NCBI GenBank assembly: GCA_963836235.1
Contig: CAWIIP010000004.1
Coordinates: forward strand, 640,001 to 704,000
Origin: an uncultured Pseudomonadota bacterium
Lineage (GTDB): Bacteria > Oederibacteriota > Muellerivitia > Muellerivitales > Muellerivitaceae
Direction of reading: 5' to 3'
Length of the DNA: 64,000 nucleotides
Shown: positions 30,061 to 41,085 of the stretch, piece after piece
How positions within the stretch are numbered: the first letter of the stretch is position 1
Layout: every line of letters begins with the position of its first letter
The notes under the pieces: generated by a model
The model's database searches: none
What the model was told of the DNA's origin: nothing
What the model saw: only the letters and a program-made list of their open reading frames with translations
Position numbers and translations under genes: made by a program

Positions 30061-31880
30061 AGATTCGTTTTTGTTTTTTCCTTTCCTTTTTTGGCTTCCT
30101 GGCCCCCATTTGGGGTCAATCGTCTTTGACCTCGGGAGCGGATTTCCTGCTCATGACTACCGGCGCAAGGCCGGATGCCATGGGACAGGCTTTTAGCGCC
30201 GTTGCGGATGACATCAACACGCTCTCATTCAATCCGGCGGGGTTGGCCAACATCCGTTTGCCGGAAATCGGCTATGGACATGAGTCGTTTTTAGCCGATA
30301 TTGGCTACGATTTTCTGGGGGCCGCTATTCCGACCGGAAATTTGGGTGTTTTAGGACTAGGATATTTGGCGATGGGGACGGCACCGTTCAACAGCACCAG
30401 CAATCCCGAGGCTCCATCGGTTTCGGTGCAGGATACGGCCTTGATTGGGGCATGGGGAAAATCTTTTTCAGACCTCCATTTGGGCGCGGCGGTTAAATAT
30501 ATCAATGAGAAGGTAGCCACCCTTCAAGGAACTGGTTTTGCTTTTGACTTCGGCGCCCGTTACCGACTCCTTCCTCAGTTTACCCTGGCGGGAAGTGTCT
30601 TAAACATCGGTCCTGGGATTAAGTTTGCCAGTGTTGAACCACTGCCCTTAGTAGTGAACGGCGGCCTGGCTTGGACCGCCCTGCAAAATTCCACCCACAG
30701 CCTTACCCTGGCAACGGACACTTCCCACGTAGCCACGGAAGGTATCCAACGGTATAGTTTTGGAGCCGAGTATTGGTACAAAAATATGTTTGCCATTCGG
30801 GCCGGTTACCTGACTAATTCCCAGGTTGAAGGCTTTTCCGCGGGAGCTGGCGTAAGGTTCTCATTCTTCCAGCTTGATTACGCTTTTGAACCCTACAACA
30901 ATCTTGGGTCGGTTCAACGCCTCTCTGGCCTCTTCCAATGGGATGGGCCCTGGGTTTCAGGAGGGGAGCCGAACGCCCCCAAATATGTGACCGTCCACCA
31001 AACTTACGAGGCATTGGAAATCCGTTGGGATAAGGCCCAGGGGCCGGTCCAATCTTATGAGGTTCTGATCCAGCCGCTGGATGGAGGGGATTTGATTGTT
31101 TCGCCCTCAGTCTCAAATCCCGCTTTTGATTTCAAGGACTACTCCCCGAATATTCTTTACCGTATCTCCGTGCGGTCCATAGGAATTGGAGGTGGCCGCA
31201 GCTTTCCTTCCCGAGAAGTATTGATTCGGACTGGAAGTAAAGAGGCCGTCCTTAAGACCCAGTATCAGGCTGAAGTTGGAAACAAGGTTAAGGAATCAGC
31301 GGCCAAAGGGCTTTATGGAAATGTCGATTCAATCGGGTTAAGGCTTACTTGGGATTCCTCGAAAGAGGGAGGGGTCATCGGCTATAACATTTATCGTCAG
31401 TCGCCCTCGGGCCAAGTGGAAAAGGTGAGTTTGGCCCCAAAACAAGGAAATAAAGTTTGGCTAACGGGAACCGCTGAATTCGCGGGTTGGGAATGGATCG
31501 TTACCGCCGTTCACAAGAGTGGAAACGAGAAAACGCTTGGAACTTTTCTTTGGTACCCCACTCCGGATGAAATCGAAAAACTTTCGGTAACTTCTTCTCG
31601 TCATTTGAGGGCTAGCCCCCAACCCGATCGGCAGGTTTTCCTGGTTTGGGACGGTGATCCGGATGCCGCCCAATATACCCTTCTTTACAGTTTGGCGGCG
31701 GATGGGGTTTATGAAGTTTATAAGGAAATGGAAAAAACAGAAACGAATGCCCTCTTAGATATACCGGGCAATAAAGACGTCTATTACTTTATTGTGGTTC
31801 CGAAGAAGTCCAATGGTGATTGGTCTGGTTCAACTCAGGAAGCCAAAGTGACATTATACAAGGACGCCCCTGCGGAATAA
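30057..31880 (+). CDS. PorV/PorQ-like outer-membrane beta-barrel with C-terminal FN3-like domains
   Basis: GADFL...[17 protein letters not shown]...NPAGLA; AIRAGY; LDYAF; followed by IRWD, LTWD and LVWD FN3-like segments; ATGA overlap with the upstream gene. Confidence 0.75.
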   Translation: MKIRFCFFLSFFGFLAPIWGQSSLTSGADFLLMTTGARPDAMGQAFSAVADDINTLSFNPAGLANIRLPEIGYGHESFLADIGYDFLGAAIPTGNLGVLGLGYLAMGTAPFNSTSNPEAPSVSVQDTALIGAWGKSFSDLHLGAAVKYINEKVATLQGTGFAFDFGARYRLLPQFTLAGSVLNIGPGIKFASVEPLPLVVNGGLAWTALQNSTHSLTLATDTSHVATEGIQRYSFGAEYWYKNMFAIRAGYLTNSQVEGFSAGAGVRFSFFQLDYAFEPYNNLGSVQRLSGLFQWDGPWVSGGEPNAPKYVTVHQTYEALEIRWDKAQGPVQSYEVLIQPLDGGDLIVSPSVSNPAFDFKDYSPNILYRISVRSIGIGGGRSFPSREVLIRTGSKEAVLKTQYQAEVGNKVKESAAKGLYGNVDSIGLRLTWDSSKEGGVIGYNIYRQSPSGQVEKVSLAPKQGNKVWLTGTAEFAGWEWIVTAVHKSGNEKTLGTFLWYPTPDEIEKLSVTSSRHLRASPQPDRQVFLVWDGDPDAAQYTLLYSLAADGVYEVYKEMEKTETNALLDIPGNKDVYYFIVVPKKSNGDWSGSTQEAKVTLYKDAPAE

Positions 31881-32007
31881 TTTTGACAGGGGAGAAGCGT
31901 AAGTCCCCCAAAGTATGTTTTTATTTTCGACTCTCTCTAAGCACTGCATGGTACCTAAAGGCTAAAAGGCCATTCTCTTTCTAATGATTATGAGGATATG
32001 ATTTTCG

Positions 32008-32817
32008 ATGAGTACACTTCTTCAATCTAATTTCTCCAAGTTAGATGGGGTTTCTGTTTTTATGTTTCACCGCGTGGTGGAATGTATTCCCCAAGGCCCT
32101 CTTTATGACATTCATTACACCCGTGAGAATCTGGAAAAGTTGCTGAAGTTCCTGCGAAAAAAAGGTTTTGAAACCGTTACTTTTGAAGATCTTTTGAATC
32201 GTGATGTTCCTCGAAAACCAGTGATTCTTACTTTTGACGATGGATATGAGGATAACTATATTTACCTTTTTCCTCTTCTTAAAAAATATGAAATGAAAGC
32301 GGTGATCTATCTTTTAGGGGATCGGACCATACTTTCCAATGCTTGGGACGTTCCTCAGGGCGCGGCCGAAGCCCCCTTGATGAAGAAGGAACAAATCCTG
32401 GAAATGGCTGAAAGTGGACTGGTCGAGTTTGGGGGGCATTCCATGACTCACGCCAAGTTGACTGATTTAACTCCGGGGGAAATCGAGCTACAGGTATATG
32501 AATGCAAGAGTTCTTTGGAAAGACTTCTGGGAAAACCGGTCCTTTCTTTCGCCTATCCGTACGGATTTTTCAATCGTGCCGTAAAAAAAATAGTTGAACG
32601 GGCCGGATATCTTTTCGGCGTGGTGGTGGAGTGGGGTCCGAATCATTTCTGCGATGACTTAATGGAAATTCGAAGGGTTTGTCTTTCGCCGGACGCCGGA
32701 AAATTTGAATTTTATTGGAAAACAAGTTTCTTGTACCCGGCTTTTCGCCGTTACCAAAAAAGACTGAAATCATTGATGAGGAAGGCTCAAAGTCGATCCC
32801 TGGGAGTACCTTCTTAA
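32008..32817 (+). CDS. Polysaccharide deacetylase (NodB/CE4)
   Basis: MFHRV, TFDDGY, GHSMTH, FAYPYG. Confidence 0.9.
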   Translation: MSTLLQSNFSKLDGVSVFMFHRVVECIPQGPLYDIHYTRENLEKLLKFLRKKGFETVTFEDLLNRDVPRKPVILTFDDGYEDNYIYLFPLLKKYEMKAVIYLLGDRTILSNAWDVPQGAAEAPLMKKEQILEMAESGLVEFGGHSMTHAKLTDLTPGEIELQVYECKSSLERLLGKPVLSFAYPYGFFNRAVKKIVERAGYLFGVVVEWGPNHFCDDLMEIRRVCLSPDAGKFEFYWKTSFLYPAFRRYQKRLKSLMRKAQSRSLGVPS

Positions 32818-32960
32818 TTTAATACGGGTGAAGTTGAGAACTTGTTGTGGCCCGTTTTTTCGTTGTTTAATGTCATTAAAAAGTAAGGATTTAAAGTGGA
32901 TTGGATTAAAATGCCAACTTCCGAAATGGCTCCTTTTTAAAAAGAAGATGTTGCCTGTAA

Positions 32961-34283
32961 ATGTTTTTGGGAATAATCCCTGCAAGAAACGAGTTGAAAG
33001 GAACATCTATTCCACGTTCATCTAAGCCCACTGATCGCTGCCTTTCGATGCGGCAGCGAATTCTCGCTTTTTTAGCCGTCATGGGTCCGGGACTTATCGT
33101 TATGCAGGCTGACACGGAAGCAGGAAGTATTACCACGGCGGCGGTAGCGGGGGCCCAATATGGCTATTTATTGGTGGGCATGCTTCTCGCTCTAGCCCTT
33201 CCGCTTTACGTGGTGCAGGAAATGACAGCGCGACTGGGTTCCATCACCGGGAAAGGCCACGCCTATTTAATCCGTAAAAAATATGGAATGGGTTGGGCAT
33301 GGGTATCCCTTTCCGTCTTGTTTATCTGTAATATCGCGGCTTTAGTCACCGAGTTTGCGGGAATTACGAGTGCCGCCCGGATTGTCCATGTTCCATCGGT
33401 GGTCTCGGTTGGCGTTTCGGCGACCCTTCTGATTTTTGTGGTGATGAGCGGTTCCTATAGGAAGGCTGAATATATCGCGCTGGGCTTCTGCCTGGCCGAC
33501 CTTCTTTTCATCCCGGCGGCCTTTTTAGCCCATCCGGACTGGGGAGAGGTCACCCGCGAGGTTTTTTCCGTACCCACGCAAGCTCTTACTCGGGATTTTG
33601 TGCTAGTGATTATTGGACTAATTGGGGCGGTCATTATGCCCTGGATGATTTATTACCAACAAAGCGCGGTGGTAGATAAGAAGCTCACGGAGAAAGATCT
33701 TCCTTTAGAGAGGTGGGACACGGGTATTGGGGCGGTGGTAACAGAATTGGTTATGGCCTTTATTGTTATTTCCACCGGAGCCACCCTTTACACCCACCAT
33801 ATTTCCATCGACGATGCGGCCCAAGCCGCCAACGCCCTTATCCCTCTGGCGGGAAAATATGCTGGAGTACTTTTTTCAGTGGGGTTGATCAGCGCGGCTT
33901 TCTTGGGGGCTTTCGTGGTGGCGGTTTCCACCGCGTGGGCATTTGGCGAAACCTTTGAATGGCCCCATAGCCTCAATAACCGGCCTCCTCAGGCCAAACG
34001 GTTTTATACTCTTTATGCGGTTGGAGTGATTCTAGCGGCGGCCATTGTATTAATTCCGAATATACCCCTGGTGACCATTACGGTCTTGGTCGAAGCGGGG
34101 AACGCCTTGTTGTTACCAATTGTTCTGGTTTTTCTTCTGCTTTTAACCAATGACCGTGAATTGTTGGGTGAACATATCAATAATTGGAGATCCAACCTAC
34201 TTGCCATTGCCACCGGTGTCGCGATTATTTTCTTAGGATTGTTGACGGTGGTCATGACGATTTTCCCGAATTGGAAACCTTGA
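32961..34283 (+). CDS. Nramp-related divalent metal transporter (Mg2+-type NRMT-like); start uncertain (32961, 32994 or 33048)
   Basis: MGPGL, GAQYGY, VQEMTARLG and GAVIMPWMIYYQQS; 11 TM segments. Confidence 0.85.
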   Translation: MFLGIIPARNELKGTSIPRSSKPTDRCLSMRQRILAFLAVMGPGLIVMQADTEAGSITTAAVAGAQYGYLLVGMLLALALPLYVVQEMTARLGSITGKGHAYLIRKKYGMGWAWVSLSVLFICNIAALVTEFAGITSAARIVHVPSVVSVGVSATLLIFVVMSGSYRKAEYIALGFCLADLLFIPAAFLAHPDWGEVTREVFSVPTQALTRDFVLVIIGLIGAVIMPWMIYYQQSAVVDKKLTEKDLPLERWDTGIGAVVTELVMAFIVISTGATLYTHHISIDDAAQAANALIPLAGKYAGVLFSVGLISAAFLGAFVVAVSTAWAFGETFEWPHSLNNRPPQAKRFYTLYAVGVILAAAIVLIPNIPLVTITVLVEAGNALLLPIVLVFLLLLTNDRELLGEHINNWRSNLLAIATGVAIIFLGLLTVVMTIFPNWKP

Positions 34284-34300
34284 TCCAGCCCAAAGGCTGA

Positions 34301-35056
34301 CTACTCTTTAGCGCTAGCAACCTGGAGGGCTCGAGGCTTAAAAGAGTTCGCGGAGATTGCCGGGTAATGAGCCAATGGATCCAGCCAATCGGACAACCGG
34401 TTCCCATAAATGTGGTTAGCGGCTATTCCGGATTCCACGAATTTTTCAGCGCAAATCCCATAATCGTTATCGAAAATCAAATTATTTGAAATAAGAGTAC
34501 CAACTGTTTCGCTGAGAAATGTCAGTCCGATCGTATTGCCGGAAATGCGGTTTCCGATGATCTTGGGCCGTGAACCGGGGCCCACTACCACCGCGTTGCG
34601 GGACCCGGAAATGGAACATTGTTCGATGGATGGAGAAGAGTTGTTACAAACGACACGGCCCCCCGTAATAACGCAGTGCTTGAGGAACGACCGGTTCGGA
34701 TTGGAATGAAGGAAGTATAACTGGCCCCATTTTTCTCCCTTGATGAGGGAGGTAAAACGGACCGGCTGAGTTTCGGAACCGATTGCTTCCAAACCGCCTT
34801 CAATCACAAAACCAGAGTTAATCCCCTCGTTTTTTTGCATAACAATGAAAAAAACTCTCGTTCCCGGACGCAGGGTCAGGGTGGCGCCTTTTTCTATGAC
34901 AATCTTACCTTGAACAATATAGGGACTGTGGCTTGCTTCCCAAACCGTGTCAGAAACGATCCGTCCTTGTACCATCGTTGGACCCGCTTCTACTGCCATC
35001 GGGGTTACGAGGACCATGATTCCAAAAATGGCTTTAATGTAATCCTTCATTTTCAT
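34301..35056 (-). CDS. Secreted right-handed parallel beta-helix protein (NosD-like repeats)
   Basis: Signal peptide; SPYIV..GATLTLRPG N-cap; IxGNxIxGN repeats; GGAGG RBS. Confidence 0.75.
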   Translation of the reverse strand: MKMKDYIKAIFGIMVLVTPMAVEAGPTMVQGRIVSDTVWEASHSPYIVQGKIVIEKGATLTLRPGTRVFFIVMQKNEGINSGFVIEGGLEAIGSETQPVRFTSLIKGEKWGQLYFLHSNPNRSFLKHCVITGGRVVCNNSSPSIEQCSISGSRNAVVVGPGSRPKIIGNRISGNTIGLTFLSETVGTLISNNLIFDNDYGICAEKFVESGIAANHIYGNRLSDWLDPLAHYPAISANSFKPRALQVASAKE

Positions 35057-35093
35057 CTCATCCTCCCAGTTAATCGGTATCGAATATTAGTAA

Positions 35094-35110
35094 TGCAACG
35101 GTTGTGCCAA
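35094..35110 (-). promoter_or_regulatory. Sigma54 (-24/-12) promoter for the beta-helix gene
   Basis: Minus strand reads TTGGCACAACCGTTGCA, giving GG-N10-GC; about 40 bp upstream of the start codon. Confidence 0.85.
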
Positions 35111-35170
35111 TCTTGTCAGTCGAAATTGACAGTAAAGGGAGGAAGCCTAAAACCGGCGCGACATTTAAAC

Positions 35171-35204
35171 GGGTAATCTTTACCCGAAAAAGTAAGTATT
35201 ACTC
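35171..35204. promoter_or_regulatory. Tandem enhancer-like palindromes (candidate bEBP binding sites)
   Basis: GGGTAATCTTTACCC (35171-35185) and AAGTAAGTATTACTC (35190-35204), about 60 bp upstream of the sigma54 motif. Confidence 0.65.
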
Positions 35205-35436
35205 AAATGTGGTCGGATGTGAGATTTGCCGGTTCAATATCTTTCCAAAATCATATTCATTTGACGAGCTGGCTTTCCTGATTTCAAATTTTCCTGGTTT
35301 TGCTACCATGAACTCAAGTGCTGCGCTTTGGAAAATAATTCTGGGCATAAATTTTATGATCAACCTGATACTTTTGATGGACAGGTAGCCGCGATGGAAT
35401 TATTGCGTATCTTCCTGGTGAAAGAATAGAGCCCTA

Positions 35437-38400
35437 ATGACTGAAAAACCCGTTCGATTGTTAATTGTGGAAGACAACAACGACGATTTTTTTACCCTTC
35501 GAAAGATGCTTTCTGAGATCAAGAGGCAGCATTTTGAGTTGGAGAGGGTTTTCACGTGCCAAGAAGCTCTTGAAAAACTGGATCAAAATAACCACGACGT
35601 TTGCCTGTTGAATTACCGATTAGAGGGCCGCAATGGTTTGGACTTTTTGCAGGAAGTGGCCCAGAAGGGCTACGACATTTCCGTTATATTTCTGGCGTTG
35701 GAAGAGGGTCATGACGTGGATATGGAAGCCATGCGATTGGGCGCCTCGGATTTCCTTTACAAAAATAAAATCGACAGCGACATGTTGGACCGCTCGATTC
35801 GTTACGCGCGGGAACGTAGGAAGGCCGAAGAAAATCGGCTCCGCTTGGCGACCATCGTGGAATCTTCCAATGACGCCATATACTCAGTCACTTTGGAAGG
35901 CGTTATCTTAAGTTGGAACCCGGGCGCGGAAAAGATTTACGGTTTTAAGCCAGAAGAAATCGGGGGGAGGGATATATCCCTCATCATTCCAACTTCCCAC
36001 CAGAAAGAATTCAAACGGTTGTTGGCAGTGGTCAAGGAAGGAATTGCTGTTTCCAATTTTATTGGCGTCCATAAGACTAAAAAGGGCAGGGAAGCCATTT
36101 TTTCTATCACGCTATCTCCCATTAAGAATCATTTGGGTCAAGTGTCCAGCGCGTCCGTGATCGCCCGAGATGTTACCGAAAGCCAAAAGGCTAAAGCCAT
36201 TAAAGACATGCTGGAGTCGGAGCGGGACCAGCTTTTGGACCGGCTTCAATTGCAGATGGACCGGATGCCCATCGCCTGTATTCTGGGTGACCAGTATTTT
36301 CATTATAACTACTGGAATCCGGCCGCTGAGAGGATGTTTGGCTATACCTTCAAGGAAGTGGAAGGCCGTAATGGAATGATTTCATCTCCTGGGGGCTGGT
36401 CGGAGGTGGAAAAGCAACTTCAAACCATGGCCAAGGAAAAAACACCTATTCATGGAAAGGTTCTCGAAAATATCCGAAAGGACGGACAAAACCTAACATG
36501 CGAATGGTACATCACGCCTCTTTATGATTTGGACGGTGTTTTCATAGGTTTGATGTCTATGGCCATTGATGTGACTGAAAGGCGGAAGTCCGAGGCGGCT
36601 TTACACGAAAGCGAGAGCCGTTTCCGACGAATTTTCGAGGATAGTCCCTTAGGCATGGGTCTGGTTGAGATGGATTCCAAATTTATCGTTGTTAACCCCC
36701 GTTTTTGTGAAATCACCGGTTATAGCGCCTCGGAATTAGAGGGGAAATCCTTTGTCGACATCACCTATCCTGAGGATACGAATTTGGATTTGGAAAATTT
36801 GCGAAGCATGGTCGCCGGAGAAATTCCCCGCTATGAGATTGATAAACGTTACGTCCGCAAGGACGGCCAAGTCGTTTCTTGCCATTTGATAGCCACATTG
36901 ATCAAGGATGAAATGGGAAAACCGTTGTATGCCTTGGGCATGGTGGAGGATATAACGGCAAAGAAAAAGGCGGAAGGCGTTCAGTCCCAATTGGCGGCTA
37001 TTTTGCAGCAAACCCCAGATGCGGTTATTGGAACTGACCTGGACGGGCGAGTTTTTAGCTGGAATCGGGGAGCGGAAGCCATGTTTGGCTACAGTCTGAT
37101 GGAAATCTTGGGGCAATCGAAGGAACTCCTAGCGCCTGAAGATCGCAGGAATGAAACGACGGAAATGGGTCAGATCGCCTTGGCTGGAGAAAGTATCTCG
37201 AATTTCGAGACGGTTCGTGTGAAAAAAAATGGGGACTTCATTGACGTCTCTATTACTTTATCGTCCGTTAAGGATTCGAGCGGGAAAATCGTGGGTGTTT
37301 CATCCATTATGCGGGACATCACGGAGCGAAAAAGGGCTGAAGAATCCCTGCGCAAGCACGAGGAACAGCTTCGCCGAATTGAAAAAATTAACGCCATTGG
37401 TCGTTTGGCCGGAGGCGTGGCCCACGATTTTAATAATCTACTTTCCGTTATTGGGGGCAACGCCGAGTTTCTCCTATCCACCCTTCCCGATAAGTCCGAG
37501 AACCGGGAGGAAGTGCTGGAAATCCAAAAGGCCGTTCGCCGAGGAGCCGAACTTACCAAGCAAATGTTGGTGTTCGGCCAAAAGCAGGTTGTTCAGCCAC
37601 AGCCGGTGAACCTGAACGAGATTTCTGCCGAGATGACCAAGATGCTGAAACGCCTGATCGATGCTACGATTGACTTGGTGATTACCCAAGACAAGGAATT
37701 GAAGCAGATCCTGGCCGATCCCGGTCAAATGCAGCAGATTATCCTGAATCTGGTCCTTAACTCCAGAGATGCCATGTCGGAGAGAGGCAAGTTGATAATC
37801 GAAACCAAACATATAGGAGAAGACCAAGTCGAGCAGGAGGGCAAGCCCACATTACCCAGGGGTTCTTACGCCCGCATTTCAGTGACGGACACGGGTACGG
37901 GCATGAGCCCGGAAATCCAGAAGCACATTTTCGAGCCATTCTTTACCACGAAGGTGGGCAAGGGGACGGGCCTTGGGCTAGCCACGGTTTACAGTATCGT
38001 CAATAAATGGAGTGGGCATATTTTCGTCAATAGCACACCCGGAATGGGAACGACCTTTACTCTATATTTCCCGGCCATGCTTTCAGTGGAAGGTTTTGAG
38101 GTGAAGACCAAACAGATTTCCCTCATTCCCCATGGTTCGGAAACAGTACTTTTGGCCGAGGATGAGGAACCGGTCCGGAAAGTTTTGGTCAGAGTTCTTG
38201 AGAAGTACGGTTATCGGGTTTTGGAGTCGAAAAACGGGGTGGAAGCTGTTCAAAAGGCATGGGATTACCCCGAACCGATCCATCTTTTATTAACCGATAC
38301 CATCATGCCAAAGTTGAACGGCAAGGAATTGGCCGATGAGCTGAAAAGGTTCCGTCCAAAGATGAAGGTTATTTTTCTCTCGGGCTATCCTCGGGAAGTC

Positions 38401-38505
38401 TTATCGCAACAAGGCATCTTGCACGGGGGAATCCATCTCATTCGAAAACCTTTTGAGTTGGAAGACTTGGCGTTGGAAATTCGGAAAGTCCTTGACGAAA
38501 AGTGA
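35437..38505 (+). CDS. Hybrid sensor histidine kinase (REC-4xPAS-HisKA-HATPase-REC, CckA-like)
   Basis: [14 protein letters not shown]-box; FEPFFTTK and GTGLGL; repeated WNxGAE PAS motifs; C-terminal REC with LLTD. Confidence 0.92.
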   Translation: MTEKPVRLLIVEDNNDDFFTLRKMLSEIKRQHFELERVFTCQEALEKLDQNNHDVCLLNYRLEGRNGLDFLQEVAQKGYDISVIFLALEEGHDVDMEAMRLGASDFLYKNKIDSDMLDRSIRYARERRKAEENRLRLATIVESSNDAIYSVTLEGVILSWNPGAEKIYGFKPEEIGGRDISLIIPTSHQKEFKRLLAVVKEGIAVSNFIGVHKTKKGREAIFSITLSPIKNHLGQVSSASVIARDVTESQKAKAIKDMLESERDQLLDRLQLQMDRMPIACILGDQYFHYNYWNPAAERMFGYTFKEVEGRNGMISSPGGWSEVEKQLQTMAKEKTPIHGKVLENIRKDGQNLTCEWYITPLYDLDGVFIGLMSMAIDVTERRKSEAALHESESRFRRIFEDSPLGMGLVEMDSKFIVVNPRFCEITGYSASELEGKSFVDITYPEDTNLDLENLRSMVAGEIPRYEIDKRYVRKDGQVVSCHLIATLIKDEMGKPLYALGMVEDITAKKKAEGVQSQLAAILQQTPDAVIGTDLDGRVFSWNRGAEAMFGYSLMEILGQSKELLAPEDRRNETTEMGQIALAGESISNFETVRVKKNGDFIDVSITLSSVKDSSGKIVGVSSIMRDITERKRAEESLRKHEEQLRRIEKINAIGRLAGGVAHDFNNLLSVIGGNAEFLLSTLPDKSENREEVLEIQKAVRRGAELTKQMLVFGQKQVVQPQPVNLNEISAEMTKMLKRLIDATIDLVITQDKELKQILADPGQMQQIILNLVLNSRDAMSERGKLIIETKHIGEDQVEQEGKPTLPRGSYARISVTDTGTGMSPEIQKHIFEPFFTTKVGKGTGLGLATVYSIVNKWSGHIFVNSTPGMGTTFTLYFPAMLSVEGFEVKTKQISLIPHGSETVLLAEDEEPVRKVLVRVLEKYGYRVLESKNGVEAVQKAWDYPEPIHLLLTDTIMPKLNGKELADELKRFRPKMKVIFLSGYPREVLSQQGILHGGIHLIRKPFELEDLALEIRKVLDEK

Positions 38506-38530
38506 AGTGGTACGCCCGCCAATGATTGAT

Positions 38531-39871
38531 TCAGCCTATTTTGTGTTTTTTTAGCTTATTGAAGAGGGTCTTGCGGGTAATTCCTAAAAGTTTTGCGGCG
38601 TGGGATTTGTTGCCTTTCGTTTCAATCAAGGCCCGTCGAATATTTTCCAATTCAGCGTCCTCTTTGCGTTGAGCGGATTTTTTGGCGGGCGCCATAGCCT
38701 TGGCTTCTTTGATTTCCTTTGGTAAGTCTTTCGGGGAAAAGCTGTTTCCTTTGGCCGTCACGACCATGCGTTCAATAACATGTTTCAACTCCCGAACATT
38801 GCCTGGCCAAGAGTAATTTTTAAACAAAGTAAGTATCTCGTCTGAAAAAAGCGCCATTTTTTTGTTAAAAGCTCGACAGGATTCCTGCAGGAAAAAATTC
38901 GCTAGCTGGACGATGTCGTCGGGACGATGGCGCAACGCGGGGATAGTTAAGGGGACCACATTCAAACGGTAAAAGAGATCGGAACGGAAGCGGCCTTCTT
39001 TTACTTCTGTTTCGAGATCCCGGTGGGTGGCGGTTACCACCCTTACATCGAGAGGAATTTCCCGATTTCCTCCAAGCCGCCGGACCGTTTTTTGTTCCAG
39101 AACCTTTAGAAGTTTCATTTGCACCGCGGCGGTCAGTTCCCCGATTTCGTCGAGGAAGATGGTTCCGCCTTGGGATTCCTCGAAGAGTCCCAGCTTTTGC
39201 CGTTTGGCATCAGTGAAGGCGCCTGGTTCGTAACCGAATAACTCGGATTCAAGGAGCGATTCGGGAAGGGAGCCGCAGTGGATTTCCACGAAAGGTTTGG
39301 AAGCGCGGGGTGAAAGGACATGGATGAGCTTAGCCACGTGCTCCTTGCCGGTGCCTGTTTCACCCAAAATCATGACCGTTACTTTTTCTTGTTGGGCCAC
39401 TTGTTCGACTTGCTCATAAAGCTTTTGCATTTCAGGATCGGTCAGAAATAAGTAATCTTTGCGATAATGGTCCCGTTGGGCTTGTTTCAAGGCCGCGACT
39501 TCTTGCTTCAAACCCCGTTTTTCACCGATTTTTTTCAAGACGATTTTCAGCTTTTCCAGGTCTATGGGCTTTTCTAAGTAATCTTCGGCACCTAGGCGCA
39601 TGGCTTGAACCGCCGAATCCACCGAGCCTTCTCCGGTAATAACCACAACAGACAGGGAAGGGGATTCCTGATTGATTTTGGGAAGAAGCTCCATTCCGTC
39701 CATATCCGGAAGGTGTAGGTCTAACAACAGAAGGTCTGGCGTTAGAACCCTGTTTTTTTCCAGCCCTTCGGCGGCGGTGTGGGCGGAAAAGACCTCGTGT
39801 TGGTTTTGCTCCAAGAGTCTGGTAAATATCTTTACGAGAGCCGGTTCGTCATCAATAATTAGAATTCTCAT
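38531..39871 (-). CDS. Sigma54-dependent response regulator (REC-AAA-Fis HTH), ZraR/AtoC-like
   Basis: GETGTGKE, ESELFG..PGAFTDA, FLDEIGE, WPGNVREL, AAKLLGITRKTL. Confidence 0.95.
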   Translation of the reverse strand: MRILIIDDEPALVKIFTRLLEQNQHEVFSAHTAAEGLEKNRVLTPDLLLLDLHLPDMDGMELLPKINQESPSLSVVVITGEGSVDSAVQAMRLGAEDYLEKPIDLEKLKIVLKKIGEKRGLKQEVAALKQAQRDHYRKDYLFLTDPEMQKLYEQVEQVAQQEKVTVMILGETGTGKEHVAKLIHVLSPRASKPFVEIHCGSLPESLLESELFGYEPGAFTDAKRQKLGLFEESQGGTIFLDEIGELTAAVQMKLLKVLEQKTVRRLGGNREIPLDVRVVTATHRDLETEVKEGRFRSDLFYRLNVVPLTIPALRHRPDDIVQLANFFLQESCRAFNKKMALFSDEILTLFKNYSWPGNVRELKHVIERMVVTAKGNSFSPKDLPKEIKEAKAMAPAKKSAQRKEDAELENIRRALIETKGNKSHAAKLLGITRKTLFNKLKKHKIG

Positions 39872-40380
39872 ATTTCCGTTCGGCTGGTTTAATGAAAAAA
39901 AGACGATCCTATTTTATCAAAGACCTTGTTTAATTTGAGGGTAAATTCCTGACTTTTGGAAAGTTAGGTTGGAAAATAGGCGCTTTTTTGGACGGTTTTT
40001 GGAGTTGATCCATTGTATAAACGTCAGCGATTGGGAAATGAATCATTTACATTCGGAAAAAATTGACTTTTATCAATTTGCCAACCCGTTATTTCAAAAT
40101 TAATTAATTCATCGGGTTTGTCTGAGACGACGAATTATCCTGATGCCTTTGGGATTTAACTTGAAATTATTTGCGGTCATCTTGAGAAGACGTTTGTCTT
40201 ATTCGATGTCGTTTAAATTGAGACTTTTGACCCTTTATTTGGAAATAAGTAACGCAAACCTTGCCCACGGAACCTTGTTTTCACATTTTTTAGATTAAAT
40301 TTTATATTGCGGATCTTTCCTTTACGTGGGGTTTTGATCCATACTTGCACGGTTTTAATGAACTTTTTGCGAGGACAAAA

Positions 40381-41085
40381 ATGCCCGAAATCGTCTCCAT
40401 CCAAAACGTCATCAAGGAATACCATCTGGACAAGGTGGTGGTTCCGGCTTTAAGGGGAGTCAGCCTGTCGGTGGCGGCCGGTGACTTCCTTTCCATCGTG
40501 GGCCCCTCCGGGTCCGGCAAAACCACCCTGCTCAACCTCATCGGCTGCGTGGATGTGGCCACATCGGGCACGGTCCTCATCGACGGGCATGACACCAAGA
40601 GCCTCAATGACCGGCAACTCACCGACCTGCGCCTGAATACCCTGGGATTCATCTTCCAGAGCTTCAACCTGGTACCGGTGCTCTCTGTGTTCCAAAACGT
40701 GGAGTTTCCCCTGCTTCTTCAGCGTAAATATTCGAAGGAAGAACGAGCCCAGCGGGTGGATGAGCTTTTGGCCAAGGTAGGCCTCGATAAGCACACCCAG
40801 CATAGACCTAGCGAACTTTCGGGCGGCCAGCGTCAAAGGGTGGCCATCGCCCGGGCACTGGTGACCCGGCCCAAGATCGTCCTGGCCGACGAGCCCACCG
40901 CCAACCTGGATTCGGTGACGGGGGAAAACATAATCGACCTCATGAAAGAAATGAACCGGGTGGAAAAAACTACCTTCATCTTCTCCACGCATGACGCCAA
41001 GGTCATGAGCCATGCAAACTCGGTCATCCGGCTGGCGGACGGCAAGATATCCGATGGCAAGGCGGCCATGGCGGGGAGCCACTAA
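40381..41085 (+). CDS. ABC transporter ATPase, LolD/MacB-type
   Basis: GPSGSGKT, LSGGQRQRVAIARAL, LADEPTANLD, STHD. Confidence 0.92.
   Translation: MPEIVSIQNVIKEYHLDKVVVPALRGVSLSVAAGDFLSIVGPSGSGKTTLLNLIGCVDVATSGTVLIDGHDTKSLNDRQLTDLRLNTLGFIFQSFNLVPVLSVFQNVEFPLLLQRKYSKEERAQRVDELLAKVGLDKHTQHRPSELSGGQRQRVAIARALVTRPKIVLADEPTANLDSVTGENIIDLMKEMNRVEKTTFIFSTHDAKVMSHANSVIRLADGKISDGKAAMAGSH

Noticed and set aside
32820-33050. Known Mn2+ (yybP-ykoY) or Mg2+ (M-box) riboswitch
   Set aside because: The consensus motifs are not visible; kept only as a low-interest structural finding.
39939-39953. GGGTAAATT half-site upstream of the sigma54 activator (possible autoregulation)
   Set aside because: The second half of the palindrome is missing, so a chance match is plausible.
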